Made by a program: the position numbers and the translations under genes | From: Vulcanimicrobiota bacterium | Lineage (GTDB): Bacteria > Vulcanimicrobiota > Vulcanimicrobiia > Vulcanimicrobiales > Vulcanimicrobiaceae | Direction of reading: 5' to 3' | Length of the DNA: 64,000 nucleotides | NCBI GenBank assembly: GCA_963820825.1 | Contig: CAWGBN010000009.1 | Location: forward strand, 160,001-224,000 | In this document: piece by piece, positions 26,616-37,080 of the stretch | Layout: every line of letters begins with the position of its first letter | Numbering within the stretch: the first letter of the stretch is position 1 | Notes under the pieces: generated by a model | Told to the model about the DNA's origin: nothing | The model's input: the letters and a program-made list of their open reading frames with translations, nothing else | The model's database searches: none

Positions 26616-28038
26616 GAAGGCGCGTCGCGGCCGCCTCGCGTTTGAGCGCGTGCCAAGCGTGTTCGACGTCGCTGCGCTGCGTGCGCAGGTTGCCGATCGC
26701 GAGTCGGATCGCATACCGGCCCTCGATCTTCGTATGTGAGATGAAGACGTCGCCCGATGCGTTGACCGCATCGACGATCGCGGCGTTGAGCGCGTCGAGC
26801 GCGGCTTCGTCGAGAGCGGGCGGGACGTAGCGAAAGCAGACGACCGATAGCGGATGCGGAGCGAGAATCTCCCAGTGCGTTTCCGCGTGCAGCCATTGCG
26901 CAAACTCTTGGGCGAGCGCGATATGCGCGCGCAGACGCTCCCGAATGCCTTGGGCGCCGAGATGGCGCAGAACGAACCAGAGCTTGAGCGCGCGAAAGCG
27001 CCGCCCGAGCTGTAAGCCGTACTCCATGTAGTTGACGGCATCGGTCTCGGACGTCGAGAGCACGAACTCCGGCACGATGCTGAAGGCGCGCCGGACGACC
27101 GATTCGTCCTTTAAGAAGAGCACGGAGAGATCCATCGGCACGAACATCCACTTGTGCGGATTGACGACGAGCGAATCCGCGAGATTAACCCCGTCGAAGA
27201 GATGCTCGAACTCGGGGATCATCGCGGCGATACCCGCGTAGGCTGCGTCGACGTGGAGCCAAACGCCATGCTCGCGCGCGATCGCGGCGATCTCGCGGAT
27301 GGGGTCGATCGACGTCGTCGACGTCGTACCGACCGTCGCGACGATCGCCATCGGCATCATCCCGGCTCTCCGATCGGCCTCGATTGCCTCGCGCAACGCG
27401 TCGGGGCGCATGCGAAAGGTGTCGTCGCATGGGACGCGCACCACGTTGCATCGGCCGATGCCCAGGGCAATCGCCGCCTTTTCGACGTGCGAATGCGTCT
27501 CTTGCGTGATGTAGACGCGCAGCGGCGGCAGCGAGCGTCCGGTCATGCCCTCTTCCCGGATCGACAGCGGCAGCGTTTCGCGCGCCGCCGCCAGAGCGGT
27601 GAAGCCGGCGATCGAGGCGGTGTCGTAGATAATGCCGGTCCATTCGTGCGGCAGCCCGAGCAGGCGCCCGAGCCAGCGCATCGTCACTTCCTCGAGCTCG
27701 GTGGCCGCCGGCGACGTGCGCCAGAGCATCGCCTTGACGTCGAGCGTCGCGGCCAAGGCTTCGGCCGCAATCGCCGCGGGCGCCGCGCTCGTCGCAAAGT
27801 AGGCGAAGAACCGCGGATGGTTCCAGTGCGTCGTCGCGGGAACGACGATTCGTTCGAAGTCGTCGAAAATAGCCGCGAACGGTTCGCCCGCCTCGGGCGG
27901 CTCGGCCGGCAGCGCCGCGACGACCTCGCCCGGATGCACCCGCGGCATCACGCGATAGGCCTCCGGATGATCGAAGTACCGCTCGATCCACGCGCCGGTG
28001 CGCTCGAAAACCTCGCGCAGCGAGTCCGTCTTCTCCAT
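26581..28038 (-). CDS. Group II PLP decarboxylase, aromatic-L-amino-acid decarboxylase-like
   Basis: THWNHPRFFAYF, W.TSPAATELE, HSHVEKA, WLHVDAAYAG, NPHKW, LGRRFRALKLW. Confidence 0.92.
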   Translation of the reverse strand: MEKTDSLREVFERTGAWIERYFDHPEAYRVMPRVHPGEVVAALPAEPPEAGEPFAAIFDDFERIVVPATTHWNHPRFFAYFATSAAPAAIAAEALAATLDVKAMLWRTSPAATELEEVTMRWLGRLLGLPHEWTGIIYDTASIAGFTALAAARETLPLSIREEGMTGRSLPPLRVYITQETHSHVEKAAIALGIGRCNVVRVPCDDTFRMRPDALREAIEADRRAGMMPMAIVATVGTTSTTSIDPIREIAAIAREHGVWLHVDAAYAGIAAMIPEFEHLFDGVNLADSLVVNPHKWMFVPMDLSVLFLKDESVVRRAFSIVPEFVLSTSETDAVNYMEYGLQLGRRFRALKLWFVLRHLGAQGIRERLRAHIALAQEFAQWLHAETHWEILAPHPLSVVCFRYVPPALDEAALDALNAAIVDAVNASGDVFISHTKIEGRYAIRLAIGNLRTQRSDVEHAWHALKREAAATRLPTARTSPNRMA

Positions 28039-28078
28039 ACGCTTGGGAGTTAGCGACCCGGATGGAGAAGGCCCGCGC

Positions 28079-29116
28079 ATGAAGTACCGTACGTACCCCG
28101 GCAGCGACGTCGCCGTGAGCGAAGTCGGCTTCGGTCTCTGGACGACGTCGACCGGTTGGTGGGGCGAGAAGAGCGACGAGGAAGCGGTCGCGATGCTCCA
28201 TGCCGCACACGATCTCGGCATCACGCTCTACGACGCCGCCGATACCTACGGCAACGGACGCAGTGAGGAGCAGCTCGCCAAGGCCTTCGCCGATCGCCGC
28301 GATCGCGTCGTGTACGCAACGAAGTTCGGGTACGACTTTTCAAGCGACGCCGCGCCGGCGCGGCGCGGACAATCGGAACTGCCGCAGGATTTTTCGCCGG
28401 CCTTCGTTCGCTCCGCGCTCGAGGCGTCGCTGCGCCGTCTGCAGACCGATTATATCGACATCTACCAGATGCACAACGCGCGAATGGCGCAAATAGAAGA
28501 CGACGCGCTCTGGGGGCTGCTCGAATCGCTCAAGCGCGAAGGAAAGATTCGGATGTACGGCGTCGCGCTGGGACCGGCGATCGGCTGGCTCTACGAGGGC
28601 GTCGACGCCGTGGGCAAGCGCAACGTCGCGACCTTGCAGATCATCTGGAACATGCTCGAAGAGTATCCGGGAGACGAGCAGATTCGCGCCGCGTATGAGA
28701 GCGGCGCCGATACCGGTTACATGATTCGCGTTCCGCATTCCAGCGGAATGCTCGAAGGACACTATACCGCCGAAACGACCTTCCCGAAGAACGATCACCG
28801 CCGCCATCGCCCGCGCGAGTGGCTGATCAACGGAATCGAGAAGGTGCGCCAGCTGCGCTTCCTCGAGCGCCCCAACCGGACGCTCGGTCAAGCCGCGATC
28901 GGTTGGCTTCTCAACGAGCCGCGGGTGATGACCGTGCTGCCGAACATCTACGACCGCGAGCAGCTCGTCGAGTTCGCCGCAGCCTCCGAGGCGCCGGCGC
29001 TGACCGCCGATGAGCTGGCCCGCGTCGAGGAGCTCTACCTTGACAACTTCGGCATCGACGAGCCGCCGATGGCCTTCAAAGGCACCATGGTGCGCGACGC
29101 GGAGCTCGCCCGGTGA
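28079..29116 (+). CDS. Aldo/keto reductase
   Basis: VSEVGFG.W, YDAADTYG.GRSEE, ATKFG, SLRRLQTDYIDIYQMH. Confidence 0.92.
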   Translation: MKYRTYPGSDVAVSEVGFGLWTTSTGWWGEKSDEEAVAMLHAAHDLGITLYDAADTYGNGRSEEQLAKAFADRRDRVVYATKFGYDFSSDAAPARRGQSELPQDFSPAFVRSALEASLRRLQTDYIDIYQMHNARMAQIEDDALWGLLESLKREGKIRMYGVALGPAIGWLYEGVDAVGKRNVATLQIIWNMLEEYPGDEQIRAAYESGADTGYMIRVPHSSGMLEGHYTAETTFPKNDHRRHRPREWLINGIEKVRQLRFLERPNRTLGQAAIGWLLNEPRVMTVLPNIYDREQLVEFAAASEAPALTADELARVEELYLDNFGIDEPPMAFKGTMVRDAELAR

Positions 29117-29493
29117 AGCCCGAACCGATTGCGACGCCGCACGCGCCACAGCCGATCGGGCCGTACAGTCAAGCAATCCAATGCGGCAACGAACTCTACT
29201 GCAGCGGGCAGATCCCGCTCGATCCGCGCAGCGGCGAGATGATCGACGGCGACGTGGCCGCGCAGACCGAGCGCGTCATCGAAAATCTCGGTGCGGTGCT
29301 CTGCGCCGCCGGCTGCCACTACGCCGACGTCGTCAAGACGACGATCTTCCTCATCGACATGAGCGACTTTCCGGCGGTCAACAGCGTCTACGAACGGTAC
29401 TTCGGGATGACCAAGCCGGCGCGCTCGACCGTCGCCGTGGCATCGCTGCCGCGGGGCGCGCGCATTGAAATCGACTGCATCGCCAGGATGTAA
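29113..29493 (+). CDS. ridA: RidA/YjgF enamine-imine deaminase
   Basis: AP.PIGPYSQA, SGQIP, VVKTTIFL, N.VY..YF...PARSTV, IEIDCIA. Confidence 0.92.
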   Translation: MKPEPIATPHAPQPIGPYSQAIQCGNELYCSGQIPLDPRSGEMIDGDVAAQTERVIENLGAVLCAAGCHYADVVKTTIFLIDMSDFPAVNSVYERYFGMTKPARSTVAVASLPRGARIEIDCIARM

Positions 29494-30686
29494 CTATTGC
29501 GGAGAAATTGCCGGCGATTGTAAGAGTCGTGCCGACTCTTCTTTTGCGATCTCGGCGACGTCGGGATCGAACGATGCCTCTGCCGCTTTGAGCTGCGCGA
29601 GCGCGAGCGCGCGCTGACCCTGCGCGGCGTAGGCCCGCGCGAGCAGGTAGCGGACCCGCCCGTCGTATGGCGCCGCCGCGACGCCCTTGAGTAGCGCGGA
29701 GAGCGCGAGCGAATAGAGACCGTTATGCTCGTAATCGATGCCGAGGTTCACGTACGACTCGGGAACGTAGGGGTTGACCGAGATGGCCTGCACGTAGTAT
29801 GCGACGGCTCGCTTCCAGTCGCCGTGCATGTCGGCGAGGTAGCCAAAGTTCACGATCGCCTCGGGGCGTTCGGGCTCGAGATCGTAGGCTTTCTTGAACG
29901 ATTCGCGGGCCTCGTCGTTCCGCCCGGCCTGAATTTGCGCGACGCCGAGATTATCGAGACACGCGTAGTTTATCGGGTCGATGTTGAGGCAGTCGTTGAG
30001 CAGCTGCTCCGCCGTGGTGTACTCGCGGAGATCCAGATAGGCCATCCCGAGCCGATTGAGCGCCGCAATCGAGCGCGGCTCGCTGTCGAGCGCGCGGCGG
30101 AGATAGAGTATCGCCGAGTTCGGCTGATGGAGCGTCTCGTAGACCTCGCCGAGCTCTTCTTGTATGTCGGCATCGTTGGGATTGTCGCGCGCGGCGCGCG
30201 ACATCTCGGCTTCGTATTGCGGGAGATCGCCCTTGCGCAGATGGAGAAAAACGAGGTCGCGGATCGAATCGGTACCGGGCAGCGCGTCCTGAAACTCGAC
30301 GATCGCCGCGTCGACGTTATTCTGCGTCGCATAGACGACGCCGAGACGATTATGCGACTCCTTGTCGTGCGGATTGCGCGCCAAAAGGCTCCGGTAGACG
30401 GCTTCGGCTTGTTCGAACTTTCCCTGGCGGTAGTAGAGGTCGCCAAGGAAGCGTGCCGCTAGGTCCGCATCGGGATGCGTCGCGACGAATTGCGCGATGT
30501 CCTGGACCGCGCGGTCGAGGTCCCCGCGGCGATCAGCTCGCGCGCGTAGGTAATCGCCGCCCGCTGGTCGGCAAGCTTGTGGGCTTCCGGGGTGATGATC
30601 GATTCCTGGGCCGATGCGGTAGCGGTCAGCGCGGCCGCCGGCAGCAGAGCGACCAAGGCAAGCGCGCAAAGGGTCCGTCGAATCAT
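29494..30686 (-). CDS. Secreted tetratricopeptide repeat protein (frameshift near 30523)
   Basis: Signal peptide in the 30459-30701 frame; multiple TPR units (LGDLYYRQG, NRLGVVY, VNLGIDY). Confidence 0.85.
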
Positions 30687-30750
30687 GTCTGGGTACCTCA
30701 ATCCCTACTATAGCGCACCGCCCAAGCGCCCCGTGACGGGCGCCGCCCCG

Positions 30751-32178
30751 TTACCGTACGAGCGGCAGAACGTTGCTCGGCGTGATCGGATAGAAGGCGA
30801 TCGCGATCACCAGGACGGCACAGATTGCGGCGCTCGCCCAAGCCAGCGGTACGAACGGGCGAAACTCTCGAACCCCACCCTGGTCGCGCTCGTACATCGC
30901 GCGGATGAACTTGGCGTAGGCGTAGAGCGAGATCGCCGTTCCGACGATCAGCAGCCCCGCCAGCCAGACGTAGCCGCTCGCAACGCTGCTCGAGAGAATC
31001 AAGATCTTTCCGAGAAAGCCGGCGGTCGGCGGCAGTCCCGCCAGCGCGAGCAGAAAGACCGTCATCGCCGCGGCGAGCCACGGGCGGCGATATCCCAGCC
31101 CGCGATAACTCGCGATCTCCGCGCCCTCTTCCTCGTCGCCTGAGATCGCCGCCGCAACCGCGAATGCGCCGAGATTCATCAGTGCGTAGGCCGCGAGGTA
31201 GTAGATCGCATAGCGCAGACCCAGCGGCGTTCCGCCTGCGAGCGCGACGAGAATGTAGCCGATCTGCGCGACGCCCGAATATCCCAGCAATCGTTTGAGA
31301 TCGTGTTGCGCGAGCATGCCGACGTTGCCGGCGATCATCGAGATTCCGGCGACGATCCAAACGGGAAGCAAGAGCCGGTCCGATACGCCGGCGGGAAGCG
31401 CCGCATAAATGAACCGCGCGAATACGGCGAGCGTTCCCGCTTTCGTCGCTACGCTCATGAAGGCGGTGACGGGCAGCGGCGCGCCCTGGAAGACGTCGGG
31501 CGTCCAGGTGTGGAACGGCACGAGGCTCAGCTTGAAGACGATGCCGATCAGAAACATGCCGGCACCCATCCAGAAGAGCGGATTCGAGGCGAGCGCGGGA
31601 TTCACGAAGTCGGCGAGCCGAACGCTTCCGGTGGCGCCGAAGAGCAGCGCGAATCCGAAGAGCAAGAATCCGGTCGCGGTCGAGCTGAGGATCAAATACT
31701 TCAGCGCGGATTCGCGCGCCGTCTTTCGATCGACCGCGCCGCAGAGCGCGTAGAGCCCGAGCGAGAGCAGCTCGAGGCCGAGAAAGATCATCAGCAGATT
31801 GGCGGCGCCGGCCATGAGCATCGCGCCGCAGGCGCTCCAGAGCATGATCGCCGTCATCCCGGCGACGCGTTGGGCCGGACCGATCGCGCCGTAGAGAATC
31901 ACCGAACCCGCAGCCGCGATCAGTATGACCTCCTGAAAGACGGTCGCAAAACCTCCGGCCATGAAGCCGCCGAAAAAGGCGTCGTAATTATGGCCGTATT
32001 GGCGCGCCGCGAGCATCGCCGCGACGAGAATCCCGATCAAGGCGACGACGATGGAAGCGTATCGCCGAGCCTGTCGCACGGAGAATAAGTCGCCGATCAG
32101 CACGACGAGCGCGGCGATCGCGACGGCGCCCACCGGTGCGATCGCGTGCCAGTCGGCAGAACTAAACGGAAGTTTCAT
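30751..32178 (-). CDS. nuoN: NADH-quinone oxidoreductase subunit N
   Basis: ESALKYLIL, FKLSLVPFHTWTPDVFQGAP, KRLLGYSG; operon position. Confidence 0.95.
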   Translation of the reverse strand: MKLPFSSADWHAIAPVGAVAIAALVVLIGDLFSVRQARRYASIVVALIGILVAAMLAARQYGHNYDAFFGGFMAGGFATVFQEVILIAAAGSVILYGAIGPAQRVAGMTAIMLWSACGAMLMAGAANLLMIFLGLELLSLGLYALCGAVDRKTARESALKYLILSSTATGFLLFGFALLFGATGSVRLADFVNPALASNPLFWMGAGMFLIGIVFKLSLVPFHTWTPDVFQGAPLPVTAFMSVATKAGTLAVFARFIYAALPAGVSDRLLLPVWIVAGISMIAGNVGMLAQHDLKRLLGYSGVAQIGYILVALAGGTPLGLRYAIYYLAAYALMNLGAFAVAAAISGDEEEGAEIASYRGLGYRRPWLAAAMTVFLLALAGLPPTAGFLGKILILSSSVASGYVWLAGLLIVGTAISLYAYAKFIRAMYERDQGGVREFRPFVPLAWASAAICAVLVIAIAFYPITPSNVLPLVR

Positions 32179-33548
32179 AGGCGCAGCAGCGGCGCCGGAT
32201 CGACGCCTAAGGCGACCAATGCGGCGAGAAGCGGCGCGACGGCAAGGCCTTCGAGCCAGGTGAGATCGGCGCGAACCGGGACGTCCTCAACTTCGGGTCC
32301 ATTCATGAGATCCTGGTAGAGCCGAATCATATAGGCTGAAGCGATCACGATCGCGACGAGCGCGACGACGACGGGCCAAACGTAGCCGGCCTGATAGACG
32401 CCGATAAGGATGACGAGCTCGCCGACGAAACCGGCCAAACCGGGGAGACCCAGCGCCGCGAGCGCCGCGATGCAGAGCGCACCGGCGAGCCGCGGGTTCT
32501 TCCAACCCAACCCGCCGAGCCGCAGCAGCGAGCGCGTCTCTTCGCGTTCCTCGAGATAGCCGAGCAGGATGAAGAGCGCCGCCGAGAAGAGCCCGTGCGC
32601 GACGATGTAGACGAGCGCGCCTTTTAACGCCAACGGATTGCGCGAAGCGATCGCGATCACGATCAGCCCGAGATGCGAGAGCGACGAGTACGCGACGATG
32701 CGCTTCGCGTCGTTCTGAACCAGAGCGATCGCGGCGCCGTAGATCAGCGAAATCGCCGCGAGCACGATCAACGGCTCGGCGTAGAGCCGCAGATAATCGG
32801 GGAGCAGCGCGAGCGCGATGACGACGAGCCCGTAGAGGCCGGCCTTCGACTGCACGGCCGAGACGACCGCGACCATCGGCGCCGGCAATCCGCTATAGGT
32901 CGGCGGCATCCAGGTGTGGAGCGGCCAGACCGGCGTCTTCACCAAGAAGGCGAAAGCAAAGCCCGCGAAAATCCACGGCGCCCACGCACCGACCAGCGGC
33001 GTCACGTTACGGCCGATTACGTCGGTCGACCCATAGATCACGCCGAAGGCGGCCGTCGCGAGCAGCAGCGTCAAGCCGCCGGCAAAGTTGTAGATGAAGT
33101 AGCGCCAGGCGGTCGCGGGATGCTCGCCCCAGCCGAGCAACCCGAAGAAGACCGGGATCAGCATCAGATCCCAGAAGAGCGCGAAGACGAGCAGGTCGCG
33201 GGCGAGAAAGAGCCCGAGCATCGTGCCTTCGAGCATCAGCAGCAGCGCGATGAAGTCGCGCGTGCGCGTCACGCGCACCGTCGGGATCGCGCACGCGGTG
33301 CAGAGCGCGAGCAGCAGTGCGATCCAGAACGAAAACGGCGTCGCACCGAAATGGAAGGCCGCCGTGAACGGCCGGGAGAGCCAATGCATACTCCACTCGC
33401 GCGTCCCCGCCGCGATCAGCATCGCAAACGTCGCAACCGCTACGGCGGTTCCGATCGCGCGCGAGAGCCCGCGGTCGCCGCGCGGCAGCGCAAAGAGCAG
33501 CGCTCCCACGACGATCGGCAACAGAATGGTGACTGGAACGAGTGTCAT
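32175..33548 (-). CDS. nuoM: NADH-quinone oxidoreductase subunit M
   Basis: VKTPVWPLHTWMP, KRIVAYSSLSH, GLPGLAGFVGE. Confidence 0.95.
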   Translation of the reverse strand: MTLVPVTILLPIVVGALLFALPRGDRGLSRAIGTAVAVATFAMLIAAGTREWSMHWLSRPFTAAFHFGATPFSFWIALLLALCTACAIPTVRVTRTRDFIALLLMLEGTMLGLFLARDLLVFALFWDLMLIPVFFGLLGWGEHPATAWRYFIYNFAGGLTLLLATAAFGVIYGSTDVIGRNVTPLVGAWAPWIFAGFAFAFLVKTPVWPLHTWMPPTYSGLPAPMVAVVSAVQSKAGLYGLVVIALALLPDYLRLYAEPLIVLAAISLIYGAAIALVQNDAKRIVAYSSLSHLGLIVIAIASRNPLALKGALVYIVAHGLFSAALFILLGYLEEREETRSLLRLGGLGWKNPRLAGALCIAALAALGLPGLAGFVGELVILIGVYQAGYVWPVVVALVAIVIASAYMIRLYQDLMNGPEVEDVPVRADLTWLEGLAVAPLLAALVALGVDPAPLLRL

Positions 33549-35488
33549 CAGTGCCCCATCGCCCCCGCGGCGACGGCGTAGTAGACGATGAAGCAGGCCG
33601 CGCCGACGAAGAGAATCAATGCGTACGCGCGGACGAGGCCGGTCTGAAACGAGCGGACGACTGCGCCGGACCAGCCGGCCCAGTAGGCGAGTTCGCGGAC
33701 CGCACCGTCGATCACGTGCGGATCGAGCACGCGTCCGAAGAGCAGACCGAGTCGCTGCGCCGGCTGCACGAAGAAGAGCTCGATGATCTCGTCGACGTAG
33801 AAGCGCTTGGCCAGAATGGCGGGCGTATGTTCGGCTTCACCGCGCAGGCGTTCGACCGCATCGCTCCGCGCCTCGGCGCGCGCGTAGCGGTACCAGGCGA
33901 TCGCAAAGCCGACGATGACGAGCGCGAAGACGAGTGCCGACGTCATTCCTTCGGAGATGGGTGGTGCGGGCAGGGTCGCGGCGACCGAAGCCTGCCGGGC
34001 GAAGAGCGGAGCGAAGTAGTGCGACCACGGCGAGTTCTCTCCGCCGAACATTAGCGCGCCGCCGATCGCGACGGTCGGCACCACTAAGATTCCGACCGGC
34101 AGATTCATCACCCAACCCGGCAGATGCAGGTGCGACGTATCGAGCTTGCCGCGATACTCGCCCAAGAACGCGACGAAGAGCAGCCGGAACATGTAGTACG
34201 CGGTGATTCCGGCGGTAAGAACGCCGACGCCATAGAGCCACGGATGGCCGTGCGCCAGCGCGCCGTAGATCACTTGGTCCTTTGAGAAGAATCCGCTAAA
34301 GCCGGGAATGCCGCAGATCGAGAGCACGCCGGTGAGCATCGCCCAGAACGCAAAGGGCATCTTCTTCCACAGCCCGCCCATCTGCCGGACGTCCTGCTCG
34401 TTCGCCAGTGCGTGAATCACGAGCCCGGACGTCAGAAAGAGCTGCGCTTTGAAGAACGCGTGGGTAAAGAAGTGCGCGATTCCGCCTTCGTAAGCGCCGA
34501 CGCCGACGCCCATGATCATGTAGCCGATCTGCGACATCGTCGAATAGGCGAGAATGCGTTTGATATCCCATTGTGCGGTGCCGAGAATCGCGCCTGCCAG
34601 CGCCGTGACGCCGCCGACCGTGCCGACCAAGAGCTGCGCCTGCGGGTTATGATTCCAGAGCGGCGCGCAGCGCGCGACGAGATAGACGCCCGCCGTCACC
34701 ATCGTCGCCGCGTGAATCAACGCGGAGACCGGGGTAGGGCCCTCCATCGCATCGGGCAACCAGGTGTGGAGCGGAACCTGTGCCGACTTTGCCGCGGCGC
34801 CGATGAAGAGCGCCACGCAGACGGCGAAGACGAGCGGGGCTCCCCACGAGCCTGCGGCCGCAAACGCGTCGCCGAAGCCGATCGAGTGGACATTGGCCAC
34901 GATCAAGAAGATCGCGAACATGATGCCGACGTCGCCGACGACGTTGATGACGAACGCTTTGCGCGCGGCGGCAACGGCCGAAGGACGTTCGAACCAGAAT
35001 CCGATCAAGAAGTAGGAAGCCAAGCCCACGAGTCCCCAACCCACGAGCAAGCCGACGAAGTTGTCGGCGAGCACGAGCGTCAACATCGCAAAGATGAAGA
35101 AACTCATGTAGGCAAAGAAGCGCGCGTACGCGCGGTCGCCTTCCATGTAGCCGACCGAGTAGAGCACGATCAGGAAGCCGACGCCGGTGATGATGAAGGT
35201 CCAGATCAGCGAGAGCGGATCGAGCAGCAATCCAAAATCGAAGCCCGGCAACCAGGTCAGCAGCGGCTGATGCGCGCCGAGCGCCTCGCCGAGCTGTTGC
35301 GTTCCGGCAACCCACGAGAGCACCGCCAACACGAACGATGCGCCCACCAGTCCCGAGACGAGCCATCCCGCCAGCGTTCGCAGTTGCGGACCGAAGGCCC
35401 AACAGATCACCGCACCGGCGAGCGGCAGCAGCCACAACGCGACGACCAGCGGATACGAGCCGCTCGAACCGAGCGCGTGATGGATCAT
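33548..35488 (-). CDS. nuoL: NADH-quinone oxidoreductase subunit L
   Basis: KSAQVPLHTWLPDAMEGPTPVSALIHAATMV, THAFFKA, GFFSKD. Confidence 0.95.
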   Translation of the reverse strand: MIHHALGSSGSYPLVVALWLLPLAGAVICWAFGPQLRTLAGWLVSGLVGASFVLAVLSWVAGTQQLGEALGAHQPLLTWLPGFDFGLLLDPLSLIWTFIITGVGFLIVLYSVGYMEGDRAYARFFAYMSFFIFAMLTLVLADNFVGLLVGWGLVGLASYFLIGFWFERPSAVAAARKAFVINVVGDVGIMFAIFLIVANVHSIGFGDAFAAAGSWGAPLVFAVCVALFIGAAAKSAQVPLHTWLPDAMEGPTPVSALIHAATMVTAGVYLVARCAPLWNHNPQAQLLVGTVGGVTALAGAILGTAQWDIKRILAYSTMSQIGYMIMGVGVGAYEGGIAHFFTHAFFKAQLFLTSGLVIHALANEQDVRQMGGLWKKMPFAFWAMLTGVLSICGIPGFSGFFSKDQVIYGALAHGHPWLYGVGVLTAGITAYYMFRLLFVAFLGEYRGKLDTSHLHLPGWVMNLPVGILVVPTVAIGGALMFGGENSPWSHYFAPLFARQASVAATLPAPPISEGMTSALVFALVIVGFAIAWYRYARAEARSDAVERLRGEAEHTPAILAKRFYVDEIIELFFVQPAQRLGLLFGRVLDPHVIDGAVRELAYWAGWSGAVVRSFQTGLVRAYALILFVGAACFIVYYAVAAGAMGH

Positions 35489-35790
35489 CCGCGAAGCGCC
35501 CGTACGTCGTCCACGTCGACGTACTTCTCCGGCCGGAAGGTCGTGACGATGATTGCTAGGCCGATCGCCGCCTCCGCGGCGGCGACGGTGATCACCAGGA
35601 AGGCGAAGATGTGGCCGACGTTCTGCAGCCACGCGCGGGCAAACGCGATGAAGAGCAGATTCGCGGCGTTGAACATCAGCTCGATGCTCATCAGCATCAC
35701 CAGCGGGTTGCGCCGGACGATGACGCCGACGACGCCGATGAAGAACATCACGGCGGCGAGCGCGACGTAGTCGGTCAGCGGAACCGCCAT
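35485..35790 (-). CDS. nuoK: NADH-quinone oxidoreductase subunit K
   Basis: RRNPLVMLMSIELMFNAANL, AAAEAAIGLAI. Confidence 0.95.
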   Translation of the reverse strand: MAVPLTDYVALAAVMFFIGVVGVIVRRNPLVMLMSIELMFNAANLLFIAFARAWLQNVGHIFAFLVITVAAAEAAIGLAIIVTTFRPEKYVDVDDVRALRG

Positions 35791-36380
35791 CAGTCGCTTC
35801 CCTCGCGCAGAATCGCCTCACGCATCGCTCGCTCGACCTTCGCTTCGCTCCGGTTGAAGTCGCCGTCTTTCATCTGCTCGCCGCCGAGGGTGATTACGCC
35901 GATCACCGCGACCATCAGAATCAGCGCCGTAACCTCGAACGGAAGCAACTGCACGGTGAAGAGCGCGGTACCGAAGTCGGCGACGCTCCCAAACGCGTTA
36001 GCGGCACCGACGGGCGCCTTCGGCACGCGCGGCGCGATCAGTGCGGCCTGCATTACGGCGTAGACGAGGAAGCCGAACGAGACGACGACCACGATCGCCG
36101 CGGGCGCCCAGATCTTCGGCAGGCGATTCGGCCCCATGGGAAAAGGCGCCACGCCGCTGCTGAGCAGCGCGATGACGAAGACGAAGAGCACCAGAATTGC
36201 GCCCGAATAGACGATGATTTGAATGACTGCGAGAAACTCGGCCGAGAGCGTGACGTAGGTGACGGCGAGCACCGCGAAGTTGAGCAGGAGCGCAACCACG
36301 CTGTAGACGGGCTTCGATGCCGAAATCGTCCACACCGCACTCGCAATCAAAACGATTGCCAACGCCCAAAACTCAATCAT
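35790..36380 (-). CDS. nuoJ: NADH-quinone oxidoreductase subunit J
   Basis: AEFLAVIQIIVYSGAILVLFVF, LPFEVTALIL. Confidence 0.95.
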   Translation of the reverse strand: MIEFWALAIVLIASAVWTISASKPVYSVVALLLNFAVLAVTYVTLSAEFLAVIQIIVYSGAILVLFVFVIALLSSGVAPFPMGPNRLPKIWAPAAIVVVVSFGFLVYAVMQAALIAPRVPKAPVGAANAFGSVADFGTALFTVQLLPFEVTALILMVAVIGVITLGGEQMKDGDFNRSEAKVERAMREAILREGSD

Positions 36381-37072
36381 TCCGCGCCGTCATCCTGGAC
36401 CCTTCGACTCGGCGCCGGGCGCCTCGCTCGGGCCGCGCTTCGCGCGGGCGAAATTGTAGGCGGCGGTTTGATCAGCGTAAGTCCCTTGCGTTGCGTCGTC
36501 AGCACCTCGCCGCGCCACGTCGCCAAGTAGCCGCGTTCGATGTCGGTCGTCGACTTGATCTCCGCAACGCGTCCGAGATCGCCGGGAATTCCGCCGGGCC
36601 GGTCGTCGGGCGCCGTTCCCACCCCGGCCTCGACGGGGACGATTAGCCGGTCCTTGTCGTAGATGAACGAGCCGCGCCGGTAATCGGACATTTCGAAGCG
36701 CGGCGTGAGCACGATCGCGTCGGTGGGGCACGCCTCCTCGCACATCCCGCAGAAAATGCAGCGCAGCTCGTCGATCTCGTAGCGAGCGGCGTACCGTTCG
36801 CCGGGCGAGTGCCGGTCATCGGGCGAATTCTCAGCGCCGATGACCGTGATTGCGTTGGCGGGACAGACGCTCGAGCAGAGCTCGCAGCCGATGCAGCGTT
36901 CCTTGCCGTCGGCGTAACGGCGCAGCTCGTGCAGCCCATGAAAGCGCGGCGCATGCTGCTTCTTGCGCGACGGATACGGAATGGTCGGACGCCGGCGGAA
37001 CATGAATCCGAAGGTAATCGACAGTCCCTTCAGGATCGCGCCGACGTTGAGGAGATGCTTGCGCGTCGACAT
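36377..37072 (-). CDS. nuoI: NADH-quinone oxidoreductase subunit I
   Basis: CIGCELCSSVCP and CIFCGMCEEACP 2x[4Fe-4S] motifs. Confidence 0.95.
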   Translation of the reverse strand: MSTRKHLLNVGAILKGLSITFGFMFRRRPTIPYPSRKKQHAPRFHGLHELRRYADGKERCIGCELCSSVCPANAITVIGAENSPDDRHSPGERYAARYEIDELRCIFCGMCEEACPTDAIVLTPRFEMSDYRRGSFIYDKDRLIVPVEAGVGTAPDDRPGGIPGDLGRVAEIKSTTDIERGYLATWRGEVLTTQRKGLTLIKPPPTISPARSAARARRPAPSRRVQDDGAE

Positions 37073-37080
37073 CCTGCCGG

